A stretch of 64,000 bases of DNA from Octopus sinensis (taxonomy: Eukaryota), in contig NC_042999.1 of the NCBI RefSeq assembly GCF_006345805.1, positions 15,004,001 to 15,068,000 on the forward strand. Direction: 5' to 3'. The notes beneath the pieces were generated by a model that was not told the origin of the DNA, searched no databases, and saw only the letters and a program-made list of their open reading frames with translations. The translations under genes were made by a program, and so were the position numbers. Shown in pieces: positions 1 to 11,478 of the stretch. Position 1 is the stretch's first letter. Every line of letters begins with the position of its first letter.

Positions 1-1145
1 TCGCCCGGCGTGCTAACGACTCTGCCAGCTCACCGCCCTATATGTAGCAATAATCCTTTCTACTGGAGGCACAAGGGTTCAAATTTTGGGGAAGGGGACT
101 TGTCGATTACATCGACCCCAGTGCGTAACTGGTACTTAATTTATCGACCCCAAAAGGATGAAACGCAAAGTCGACCACAGTGGAAGTTGAACTCAGAACG
201 TAGCGGCAGATGAATTACCTATTTCTTTACTACCCACAAGGGGCTAAACACAGAGGAGACAAACAAGGACAGACAAACGGATTAAGTCGATTATATCGAA
301 CCCAGTGTGTGACTGGTACTTAATTTATCGACCCCGATAAGGCCCGAAATTTTTGAGGAGTGGGGCAGTTGATTAGATCGACCTTAGTACGCAACTGGTA
401 CTTAATTTATCGACTCCGCAAGGATGGAATGCAAAGTCGACCTCGGTGGTACTTAGCATTTCGCCCGGTGTGCTAACGTTTCTTATTTCTTATTTCATAG
501 GTCTTTATTGCCCACAAGGGGCTAAACATAGAGGAGACAAACAAGGACAGACAAACGGATTAAGTCGATTACATCAACCACAGTGCGTAACTGGTACTTA
601 ATTTATCGACAAACGGATTAAGTCGATTACATCGACCACAGTGCGTAACTGGTACTTAATTTATCGACCCCGAAAGGATGAAAGGCAAAGTCGACCTCAG
701 CGGAATTTGAACTCAGAATATAACGGCAGACGAAATATCTATTTCTTTACTACCTACAAGGGGCTAAACACAGAGTGGACGAACAAGGACAAACGGATTA
801 AGTCGATTATATCGACTCCAGTGCATAACTGGTACTTATTTAATCAACCCCGAAAGGATGAAAGGCAAAGTCGACCTCGGTGGAATTTGAACTCAGAACG
901 TAGCGGCAGACGAAATACCTATTTCTTTATTACCCACAAGGGGCTAAACATAGAGGGGACAAACAAGGACAGACATAAGTATTAAGTCGATTACATCGAC
1001 CCCAGTGCGTAACTGGTACTTGATTTATCGATCTCGAAAGGATGAAAGGCAAAGTCGACCTCGGCGGAATTTGAACTCAGAACGCAGCGGCAGACAAAAT
1101 GCCGCTAAAGCATTTCGCCCGGTGTGCTAACCATTCTGCCAGCTC
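1..1145 (-). mobile_element. Head-to-tail chain of about 5-6 partial tRNA-derived SINE-B copies
   Basis: Repeated blocks gtcgattacatcgaccccagtgcgtaactggtacttaatttatcgaccccgaaaggatgaaaggcaaagtcgacctcggcggaatttgaactcagaac, joined at gaaatacc|tatttctttactacccacaag; B-box-like GAGTTCAAATTCC on the minus strand. Confidence 0.9.
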
Positions 1146-1470
1146 GCCGCCTTTGTGTGATGGTCAATATCAACTGGTTAATGAGTGTGACGGTGAGGGC
1201 GATGAGTCAAGAAAATCGATGGAGTCAGACGAAATGCTTAACTCTAGAAAATGTTTCAGTCGTTGGACTGTGGCTATGCTGGAGCAACATCTTGATGCAA
1301 GTGGTTTAGTCGTTCATATCGATCCCAATACTTATATTTTTAAACTTTGGTGTTTATTTTATCGATCTGTTTGCCGAGCATTTTAAAATACGGGACACAA
1401 ACAAAGCACCGGTTTTTCTAGCCGTGTTACCCAAAGACAGGCATGGACACACACATATTTGAGCATTTGC

Positions 1471-1515
<45 letters not shown>

Positions 1516-1530
1516 CACATGTATTTATAA

Positions 1531-1715
1531 CACCACCACCACCACCATCATTACTATTACTACTACTACTGATAGTAACGCTGCTGCTACTCTATCGTCG
1601 ATTAAAATTACAAGTACTTGTACCTCAACGGCAATCACCACCACCGCCATCTTCACCACCACCACCACCACCACCGCTGCCGCCGCCGTCGCCACTACCA
1701 CCAACATTACCACTA
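1531..1715. repeat. (ACC)n/(ACT)n/(GCC)n compound trinucleotide microsatellite, with (TA)n at 1473-1511
   Basis: Direct reading; explains the poly-Thr and poly-Val ORFs. Confidence 0.9.
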
Positions 1716-2129
1716 CTTCAAGAGATAAGCAAGTGAAAAATATGTATAATTAAAAATACTATCGTTTTATGGACATTAAGCAACAACAATATGACAGAGG
1801 GAAAATACATGAAGCGAGAACTTTCAGAACTTAACACTATTCAGTAGGGGGCCTTATGCATGTGAGACTTCATTGCATTTAGAGTAATGTACTATTACTA
1901 AGTAATCTAGTCATCATTACTTCGGCAAATAAAATGAAAATCTATGCTCCGCTGAAAAGGTCCAATATTGTAGTAACATGTTCTAAGTTGCCTCCCCTGC
2001 TTGTCGAAATGCGTGGGAAAAAAATTATATTTGTGATTGCACTACTGTCGTCATTTTTTCATCGCCTAATTAATTTGAGATGGATTGATTTTTAATCAGT
2101 TATTTTTATGCTTACTGTTTTAAATATAT

Positions 2130-2790
2130 TTATTTCTTTATTGCCCATAGAGGGGAGAAATGAGGACAGACAAAGGGATTAAGTCGATTACATCGACCCC
2201 AGTGCGTAACTGGTACTTGATTTATCGACTCCGAAAGGTTGAAAGGCAAAGTCGACCTCGGCGGAATTTGAACTCACAACGTAACGGCAGGCGAAATGCC
2301 GCTAAGTATTTCGCCCGGCGTGCTAACGATTCTGCCAGCTCGCTGCCTTAAATATTCTTTTCTACTCTTGGCACAAGGCCCGAAATTTTTGGAGATGGGG
2401 CCAGTTGATTAGGTCGACCCCATTACGCAACTGGTACTTAATTTATCGACTCCGAAAGGTTGAAAGGCAAAGTCGACCTCGGCGGAATTTGAACTCACAA
2501 CGTAACGGCAGGCGAAATGCCGCTAAGTATTTCGCCCGGCGTGCTAACGATTCTGCCAGCTCGCTGCCTTAAATATTCTTTTCTACTCTTGGCACAAGGC
2601 CCGAAATTTTTGGAGATGGGGCCAGTTGATTAGGTCGACCCCAGTACGCAACTGGTACTTAATTTATCGACTCCGAAAGGGTGAAAGGCAAAGTCGTCCT
2701 CGGCGGAATTTGAACTCAGTACTTATCGGCAGACGAAATACAGCTAAGCATTCCCCCACATTCCCCCAGCGTGCTAACGCTTCTGCCAGC
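2130..2790 (-). mobile_element. SINE-B array with a near-perfect 221-bp tandem duplication
   Basis: 2221-2441 is repeated from 2442; a third partial copy follows. Confidence 0.85.
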
Positions 2791-2970
2791 TCGCCGCCTT
2801 ACTGTTTTAAATATATTAACACTATAATGTAACTACATACAGATGGCACTTTTTCTTTTTTATTCTTTGTTTTTTTTAAAGATTTACAGAAGCTTTTTAG
2901 GGAATACATAACACGGGGACCTAACCTTGGGTGGTTCCTAAACTCGATACCGAGATCGTTTGGATAATAT

Positions 2971-3363
2971 TCTTTTATTTGTTTCAGTCATTTGACTGCA
3001 GCCATGCTGGAGCACCACCTTTAGTTGGACAAATCAACCTCTGGACTTATTCTTTGTAAACCTGGTAATTATTCTATTGGTCTGTTATGCCGAACCACCA
3101 AGTTACGGGGACGTAAACACACGAACATCAGTTGTCAAGCGATGTTGGAGGGGGGGGGGCAAACACAGACACACACATATATATATATACATATACACGA
3201 CGGGCTTCTTTCAGTTTCCGTCTACCAAATCCACTCACAAGGCTTTGGTCGGCCTGAGACTACAGCAGAAGACATTTGCCCAAGGTGCCACGCAGTGGGA
3301 CTGAACCCGGAAGAATGTGGTCGGTAAGCAAGTTACTTACCACACAGCCACTCCTGCGCCTAT
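2971..3363 (-). mobile_element. SINE-A (tRNA head, internal TA/CA microsatellite), full length
   Basis: Reverse complement of ggcgcaggagtggctgtgtggtaag...gactgaaacaagtaaaaga. Confidence 0.9.
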
Positions 3364-3835
3364 TGGTGGAATAGTTTTCACTTTCTACAAATAATATAGG
3401 CTCACGGCGGCGTTGGGGAGAATTAAAGTTTCACCCTTTTGAGGCGAGCCCAATAATCAAGGCCAGTCATGCCATTTATTTGTGTGATTGATCTCTGCGG
3501 TGCTTCAATCTTCATTGTATCTTCTTATGTGTAGGGGAACCACAATGAGTAAAAATATTCGAAGTGAGACCAAGCAAACGTAATGAAGAAAAGGATTTTT
3601 GTTTCATGATCTCTAGATTGAAAAGTTCTGAGGATCCATGGGCACATTTTGTGCGTCATCTCCTCCTTTTATGTTGATGTGTTCACTTTTGCTAAGGTTA
3701 GTAACGACAGTCTCTGCTACTACTCGACGCTACGAAGTCTACCGACGGTAGAGAATGTGATTGTTTGTGTATGTTCCCTTTTTACAAAGTGGATGTGCTT
3801 ACACACACATATACACATGTATGTATGTATAATGT

Positions 3836-4001
3836 AAGCGCAGGAGTGGCTGTGTGTTAAGTAGCTTGCTTGCCAGCCACATGGTCCCGGTTTAGTTCGA
3901 CTGCGTGGCACCCTGGGCAAGTGTCTTCTACTAAAGACTCGGGCCGACAAAAGTTTGTGAGTGGATTTGGTAGACGGAAACTGGAAGAAGCCCGTCGTAT
4001 A

Positions 4002-4037
<36 letters not shown>

Positions 4038-4245
4038 TGTATATGTGTGTGTATATGTTTTTCCCTTCGGCATCGCTTGACAACCGATGCTGGTGTGTTT
4101 ACGTCCCCATAACGTAGCGGTTCGGCAAAAGAGACCGATAGAATAAGTACTAGGCTTACATAGGGATAAGCTCTGGGGTCGGACTAAAAAGGCGGTGCTC
4201 CAGCATGGCCACAGTCACATGACTGAAACAAGTAAAAGAGTAAAA
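3836..4245 (+). mobile_element. SINE-A, full length
   Basis: gcgcaggagtggctgtgtg head; internal (TA)/(TATG)n; tail gactgaaacaagtaaaagagtaaaa. Confidence 0.9.
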
Positions 4246-4252
4246 TGTTCAA

Positions 4253-4315
4253 AGAGTGCCCATTGGTTTCGCACCTATAAGGCTCTTTAGCGGAATAGGT
4301 GACTCGTCAGACTCC
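4253..4315 (-). ncRNA. Decayed type-I hammerhead ribozyme
   Basis: Minus strand: ggagt CTGACGA gtcacctat...ataggtgc GAAA c caatg g gc actct. Stem I (ggagt/actct) and stem II pair, but U16.1 is replaced by G. Confidence 0.6.
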
Positions 4316-5179
4316 ATGGTCAGTGTATGTATCTCTGTGTATGTGTGTCGATTACTGGGATGAAAAGCATTCCATCCGTGACCATCCTGTCTTAATGGGT
4401 GCCTAAGACTACCTTATCAATTGGTGATTTACTTATGATAATGGGCATGATTTGGGGGTCAGGTAACCACATACAAACTCCTCTTGTTTATTAATATTAT
4501 TATCTTTGCTACTGTTTACCCCTGCACCATATGTTTCTCTTAAGTTTTCCCAATACAACTATTGAAAAAGAATTGTCCCCTCTTCCAATTATAATCGCCG
4601 CCGCCGCCACCGCAGTCGTGGGTCGCCCTGGTCGCCATCATGCTCCATTGCCCCTCACGCATTTCCAGACGTCTCTTCTCCTCTGTACTAACCTTCGTCT
4701 CTCATTCTCCCCTTTTTCTTTCCCACGAATAGGGTGTTTTTTTTTCTCGTCACCATCGTCCTTATTATTGTGATTGCTATCGTTGTTGTTGTTGTTGGTG
4801 GTGGTGGTGGTGGTGGGGTGGCGTAGTTGCCGTTGTTGTTGTTGTTGTCGTCGGCGTCGTTCTGGTAATTGTTCAGTTTTATATCAAGAGTTGCTCGGTC
4901 GAACAGGTGAAGAGAAAGAACATGACAAAAAACATAAGCAACAACAACAAAACAAAAAATAAACAAACAGAATCTGTCACATAGCTACTTGATCCCTAAA
5001 TCATACTCATCGCCACAAAGGTATTTCATCCATGCCCCCCCCTTCCTCCACCATTATCACATATCTAGGACTAACATTTTCTAGTATACCTTTACTTTTT
5101 AAACTGAGTGGATCTTGACTTGAGGAAGTTTTAGTTGCTATTTCCAGCTGGTCATTCGATGGCTCAATCAATTGCTAAC

Positions 5180-5585
5180 GTTTTTTTTTTTTACTACCCA
5201 CAAGGGACTAAACACAGAGAGGACAAACAAGGACAGACAAACGGATTAAGTCGATTACATCGACCCCAGAGTTCAACTGGTACTTGATTTATCGACCCCG
5301 AAAGGATAAAAGGCAAAGTCGACCTTGGCGGAATTTAAACTCAGAACGTAACGGCACGCGAAATATCTATTTCTTTACTCCCCACAAGGGGCTAAACACA
5401 GAGGGGACAAACAAGGACAGACAAACGGATTAAGTCGATTACATCGACCCCAGTGCGTAACAGGTACTTTATTTATCGACCCCGAACGGATAAAAGGCAA
5501 AGTCGACCTCGGCGGAATTTGAACTCAGAACGTAACGGCACGCGAAATACGGCTACGCATTTCGGCCGGCATGCTAACTTTTCTG
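5180..5585 (-). mobile_element. SINE-B dimer
   Basis: Two consecutive SINE-B bodies with the same junction as at 1-1145. Confidence 0.85.
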
Positions 5586-5712
5586 CACAGCAGGGGTCTA
5601 TGCACCGGGCCGTGAATCATTTAGTACCGGGCCGCATAGAAAGAACGAGTTTTCGTAATTTTGTTATATTTAGGAACGGTCATTTTGCCAATAAACACTT
5701 GCGCTCTCCCTC

Positions 5713-6090
5713 TCTTTTACTTGCTTCAGTCATTTGACTGCGGCCATGCTGGAGCACCGCCTTTAGTCGAGAAAATCGACCCCAAGACTTATTCTTTGGA
5801 AACCTATTACTTATTCTATCGTTCTCTTTTACCGAACCGCTAAGTTACGGGGACGTAAACATACCACCATCGGTTGTCAAGCGATGTTGAGGGGACAAAC
5901 ACAGACACACAAACATATACACACACATACATATACATATATACGACGGGCTTCTTTAAGTTTCCGTCTACCAAATCCACTGACAAGGCTTTGATCGGCC
6001 CGAGGATATAGTAGAAGACACTTGCCCAAGGTGCCACGCAGTGGGAATGAACCCGGAACCATGTGGTTGAGAAGCACGCTACTCACCACT
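5713..6090 (-). mobile_element. SINE-A
   Basis: Matches the SINE-A consensus on the minus strand. Confidence 0.85.
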
Positions 6091-6837
6091 CCAGCTTTAT
6101 ATTTATTAGTTACTGTAAAGTCGGCAAGCTGGCAGAATCGTTAGCATCCTGGGCAAAATGCTTAGCGCAGTTCGTCCGTCTTTAAGCTCTGAGTTCAAAT
6201 TCCGCCGAGGTCAACTTTGCCTTTCATCCTTTCGGGTCCAATAAAATAAGCACCAGTTGAGCAATAGGGGCGATGTAACCGACTTAGCCCCTCCGCCCGA
6301 AATCACTGACCTTATACCAAAACTTAAAACCATTATTTGTTAGTTTCTTTATGATAGTTCTTTTGTTATACATTATGTGACCTCTTCAATGACTATCAGT
6401 TCTTCATTTCTGTGTCGCTTCTTCTTGCAGGCTTTATCCTGTTTAATCTATCTTGTTTTTCTGTGGCACGTATCACCATTTGCAAGTAGTAAACAGGACA
6501 TGACCAGAAAGAAGAGGAGATACAGAAAACAACTGATAGTCATTGAAAAGGTCACAGAATATGAGACAGAAGAACTCCGAAAAAAATATACAATAACTAC
6601 TAATAAAACAGGGCAGACCAGATAAACAGTGCGTGTGTTTATTGGAAAAATGACCAACTATAACAATATCTGTCTCAACACACGATTTCATATCATGAAT
6701 CTTTGCAAAACAAATACATAAATATACTAAAATTTTATTTCTGTTTTATTGACTATCGCAGTCTGCAGGGTGTTTTTGCATTATAGATGTAAGAGATATG
6801 TATCATATATGCAATGATTAAATTGTTATTATGCACT

Positions 6838-7214
6838 TTATTACCTCCGCCTTAGCTAAGGCGGAGGTATTGTTTTCAGTCGTGTTTGTTTGTTTGTTTG
6901 TCTGTGGACCAGATATCTCAAGAACCGCTGGATGGTTTCAGATGAAACTTTCAGGGATGTTTGGCCTCGTGACTGGCATGAACTGATTAGATTTTGGGAT
7001 CGATCCGGTATCAGACAAAGATTCCGGACTATTTTTCCGGTTTTTTTTTAAACTTAATTTTTGAGAGCAGTCGGGTTAATTTTTAGTATTCTCGTTTGGG
7101 AGAGCAGTCGAGTTCATTTCAGATATTCTCATTTTAAGAATCATCTCCGGCTAATCGTCGAGTGGACGTAGGTGTTGCTTTGGCAGAGGTTTGCGCTTTC
7201 TGAGTGATCTTGCT
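6838..7214 (+). mobile_element. Non-autonomous Helentron-associated (HINE/DINE-1-like) element
   Basis: Starts ttattacctccgccttagctaaggcggagg (palindrome), then a (GTTT)n tract and gatatctcaagaaccgctggatgg; ends ggcagaggtttgcgctttctgagtgatcttgct. This is the layout typical of HINEs. Confidence 0.6.
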
Positions 7215-7314
7215 ATGGTTTGGTATGCTTCGGCTTCCCTGGTCCGTGGAAAAATCGTCTTGCACGAAACTAGCCCATGATGCAAAACGGATTGGGGGTC
7301 ACTGTGATGTTGAC

Positions 7315-7547
7315 ACAGGCGTGGCTGTGTGGTAAGAACTTTGGTTCCCAACCACTAAGTCCTGGGTTCAATCTCACTGCGTGGAATCATGGTCAAGTGC
7401 CTTTAACTCTTGTGCCGGGCCGACCAAAGCCTTGAGACTGGATTTGGTAGACGGAAACTGAAAGAAACACGCCGTGTATTTCCTGTAATAATATTGTATG
7501 TGACTTGAGATGTTTGCCTTGCCTTAATGTTTGACGTCCTGTTTAAC

Positions 7548-7552
<5 letters not shown>
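7315..7552 (+). mobile_element. SINE-A 5' half (3' half resumes at 10677-10790)
   Basis: Head through ggaaactgaaagaa, then (TA)n; gatggtgtgtttacgtccctgtaacttagcg resumes after the PLE. Confidence 0.75.
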
Positions 7553-7598
<46 letters not shown>

Positions 7599-8981
7599 AA
7601 AAGCAATTAAGATTCAAGTCAGTTCTATTGAATTCACTTGAATGCGGTACTTAACTTAGATGCACCAGAAAACTATATGGTATTAACCATACAATAATGT
7701 GGGGTGATTATAAACGAGAAAAAAGCAACAAGAATTATAAAGGAGAACATTATTTTTGACCAGTATACAGCTACTAATTGCCAATCCGACGGAGCTAAAG
7801 CAGATATAAGAATCTAAAGAGAACAAGGGAAGGGATAAAGGGGTCAAAGGCTATCATTAGAGGAAAATACATTAAGAGAAATAAGTGCAATACTAGAAGG
7901 AGGTCATTTAATTAATTAATTTATTATTGTTACTGTTTATACAATGAACAGACTGTAGGTCTATACCTAGAGGTCATTTACAAGGTTTGAGAGAATTGCT
8001 TATCATATTGAAATTTCTTATACTACTTTTAAGGGAGTAGCATTACTTATTTAACTTTATAATAGAATTATGAAGTATTAGTAACTTATTTGATTTAAGT
8101 TGTGTTACCTAAATTAGATTAAATTAAATTAACTATATAGTCAATTAAACTTTTTTAGGCAACGTACAAATACTATTTATTTCTTTATGTTCAAAATCAG
8201 GTGCAGTTAGAAAGAAAGAAATAACCATAGCGTAAGAGCTCGCAGTTATCTATTTAAAAAAATATTAGAGTTTTGCTTTACTAGTAAAAGCAAGATAGAT
8301 CTATCTCCATACGATTATTCTATACGGTTTTTATTTAAAATATTTTAGAGTCTTCATTTTTGCGTGAATACAAGATTGACCCAGTTCTATATGGTTATTT
8401 AACAAATTCCTATTTTTTCTATGCATTAGAATTTCATACGTCTCCATGGAGCAGAGTTGGCAACCAACCCTGTTATTTTTAGAAGGCATTGCTCTTCTAA
8501 CTATTTCCCAATTAAGGTTATATTTAATATTATTATTTTTGAGTTCCCAGATCTTACTTGAAAGTGTGGTGGTACGAGCTTTATGACGTAACTTAAAAGA
8601 GGAAATATGATTGCTAATTGATTGCTAGAATCAATAACCATGGAATAACTAATAATAATATTAATATTAATAGGAGTAATATGTTAATAATAGGAATAAT
8701 GCTAATAGAGAAGATACTGGGATGAAGACATCATTGATATCTATAGCACCAATATACATTCGGATGCAAATACTAGCAATAATAGTAACAATACCAATAC
8801 GTAAGTAATCATGGTAGGACTTAGACTAAATGACAGTAAAAGGACGATAATGATAACACTGCTTTAGATAACAACATTAACTATAATAATATAATAATAA
8901 CGATAAATATACTCATGATAATCAGAATAACAGAACATGAGACATCTATCCATAAATAATCCAACATCTGAAGATGATCCC

Positions 8982-9410
8982 CCTACGTGTAATTGTAGAA
9001 TTAGGTCAAAATGCCGGCACCTGGTCTGTGCGGGGTAAGTAACGTAATCTATAAATGTACCATAACACTGAGAATAGCAAATTTCTTATTTAGGTTGTAC
9101 TGTAAATTTTAGGAAAAGATTAGCAATCATATCTCCTCTTTTAGTTACGTCATAACGCTCGTACCACCACACTTTCAAGTAAGATCTGGGAACTCAAAAT
9201 ATATATTAAATATAACCTTAATTGGGAAATAGTTAGAAGAGCAATGCCTTCTAAAAATAACAGGGTTGGTTGCCAACTCTGCTCCATGGAGACGTATAAA
9301 TTCTAATGCATAAAAAATAGGAATTTGTTAAATAACCATATAGAACTTGGTCAATCTTGTATTCACGCAAAAATGAAGACTCTAAAATATTTTAAATAAA
9401 AACCGTATAG
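8982..9410 (+). pseudogene. Frameshifted GIY-YIG endonuclease C-terminal domain of a Penelope-like element
   Basis: Translation across frameshifts: PTCNCRIRSKC..G.C..SNVIYKCTIT...YLGCTVNFRKRLA...LRHNARTTTLSSKIWELK..KYNLNWEIVRRA...GCQLCSME...NLLNNHIELGQSCIH. This follows the CxCx5C..GxC / VIY / YxG..F+.R..H / T.LS..IW.LK / C.LC..E pattern of PLE endonucleases. Confidence 0.85.
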
Positions 9411-10524
9411 AATAATCGTATGGAGATAGATCTATCTTGCTTTTACTAGTAAAGCAAAACTCTAATATTTTTTAAATAGATAACTGCGAGCTCTTACACT
9501 ATGGTTATTTCTTTCTTTCTAACTGCACCTGATTTTGAACATAAAGAAATAAATAGTATTTGTACGTTGCCTAAAAAAGTTTAATTGACTATATAGTTAA
9601 TTTAATTTAATCTAATTTAGGTAACACAACTTAAATCAAATAAGTTACTAATACTTCATAATTCTATTATAAAGTTAAATAAGTAATGCTACTCCCTTAA
9701 AAGTAGTATAAGAAATTTCAATATGATAAGCAATTCTCTCAAACCTTGTAAATGACCTCTAGGTATAGACCTACAGTCTGTCATTGTATAAACAGTAACA
9801 ATAATATAAACAGTAACAATAATAAATAAATTAATTAAATGACCTCCTTCTAGTATTGCACTTATTTCTCTTAATGTATTTTCCTCTAATGATAGCCTTT
9901 GACCCCTTTATCCCTTCCCTGTTCTCTTTAGATTCTTATATCTGCTTAGCTAGCTCCGTCGGATTGGCAATTAGTAGCTGTATACTGGTCAAAAATAATG
10001 TTCTCCTTTATAATTCTTAGATTCCTGCAAATTCTAAGCCAGACTGTCTGTCTCCACAGAAAGAGACTTTTCTGTGTAGGTGGGTACCTGCGACCCCTTC
10101 CCTTTCAGTTATCCCAGTATGCTCTATGTGGGCAGTTTTTCTTTTTCTTTTCTTTGCTCCACAAAATTCCTTCAGCCTTTAAAATTCTAACATAGCAGTT
10201 TTGTGAAATGAAAAGAGGTGTGACAAGTATCTTATCATATAGCAGGAAATTATACCCACCTTATTGTGGATTAATCATGGATAGATTCATCGTCTGTGAC
10301 TATGAAATATCTCCTCATATCTCCGGTAATTTGCGCCTACATTATGGATTGATTTACCTTCTCTGTGAAGCTAACAAGCTTTTTTAAAACCTGTTATAAG
10401 AATGTGCATCATCATTTGAGAACTTTGGAAGTCTGCTTACAACCTAAATTTGCTTTTTATAGAACTATCTCCGATACTTCATGAGTGTAGCCTCACCCAC
10501 TAGGATGCTTGGAGAACTCGTATG

Positions 10525-10620
10525 TGTTTTGGCTGATGAGTACGGGACACTTGTATTTGCTGCAATATTTGCAGCTTTTAATAAAGCTTGTCTTTGTATG
10601 AAACAATTGTACTGAAAAAC
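10525..10620 (+). ncRNA. Type-I hammerhead ribozyme (PLE minimal type, palindromic stem III loop)
   Basis: ttttgg CTGATGA(10533-39) gtacgggaca...tgtctttgtat GAAA(10600-03) C AATT G TA ctgaaaa. Predicted cleavage after 10611; the stem II closing pair is G.U instead of G-C. Confidence 0.8.
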
Positions 10621-10647
10621 TAATCCATTCTTGTTGCTTTTTTCTCG

Positions 10648-10679
<32 letters not shown>

Positions 10680-11056
10680 GTATAATGTGTGTATGTGCGC
10701 GCGCGCGAGTGTCCTACAGCCGTTTTGCAGCCAGTGATGGTGTGTTTACGTCCCTGTAACTTAGCGTTTTGGCACAAAAGTCGATAAAATACCAGGATAA
10801 ATAATAAAATGGATGAGAGGGAAATATCACGGGGATGTCTTCTGCATACTAAATATAAGCAAAGTTAGGCCCCTTACCTATGTAATATACTGAAGCGAAA
10901 AATTTCTATCATTCCAGATAATTTAGACGATTAGTAGAAAAAACTCCCTGTGAGTGTATTAAGAAATCTAAATAAGTGGATTTTTGTAAGGGAGGTAACT
11001 CTAATATGGAATTTATAAGAATTATTTTCCGTGTTGGTTGTGCTAGAATTACGTAT

Positions 11057-11440
11057 CCGGAGGCGCAATGGCCCAGTAGTTAAGGCAGCGGACTCGCGGT
11101 CATAGGATCGCGGTTTCGATTCCCAGACCGGACGTTGTGAGTGTTTATTGAGCGAAAACACCTAAAGCTCCACGAGGCTCCGGCAGGGGACGGTGGTGAT
11201 CCCTGCTGTACTCTTTCACCACAACTTTCTCTCACTCTTACTTCCTGTTTCTGTTGTACCTGTATTTCAAAGGGCCGGCCTTGTCACTCTCTGTGTCACG
11301 CTGAATATCCCCGAGAACTACGTTAAGGGTACACGTGTCTGTGGAGTGCTCAGCCACTTACACGTTAATTTCACGAGCATGCTGTTCCGTTGATTCGGAT
11401 CAACCGGAACCCTCGTCGTCGTAACCGACGGAGTGCTTCC
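11057..11440 (+). mobile_element. tRNA-derived SINE-D
   Basis: tRNA-like head ggaggcgcaatggcccagtagttaaggcagcggactcgcgg...ggtttcgattccc with A and B boxes; 3' module shared with 20040-20640. Confidence 0.8.
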
Positions 11441-11478
11441 AGAATTACGTATGTTACGGGGAAAATTTTGTCTATATA

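Larger units (their letters stand above)
7594..10648 (+). mobile_element. 5'-truncated Penelope-like element (probably Neptune-type) with an inverted pLTR copy, inserted in (TA)n
   Basis: Inverted arms 7730-8618 and 9119-10018; decayed GIY-YIG coding at about 8985-9410; hammerhead at 10525-10620; (TA)n on both sides. Confidence 0.85.

Noticed and set aside
10-2832. Recurrent ORFs such as RNWYLIYRPRKDERQSRP, and similar MLEHHL, MPKVPRSGTEP and FLQLDALPNANH ORFs elsewhere
   Set aside because: These are chance frames in SINE-A, B and C copies, not genes.
4686-4906. TACTAAC branch point, pyrimidine tract and AG (4731-32)
   Set aside because: The downstream sequence is simple repeat with stops and only a weak donor; no exon can be supported.
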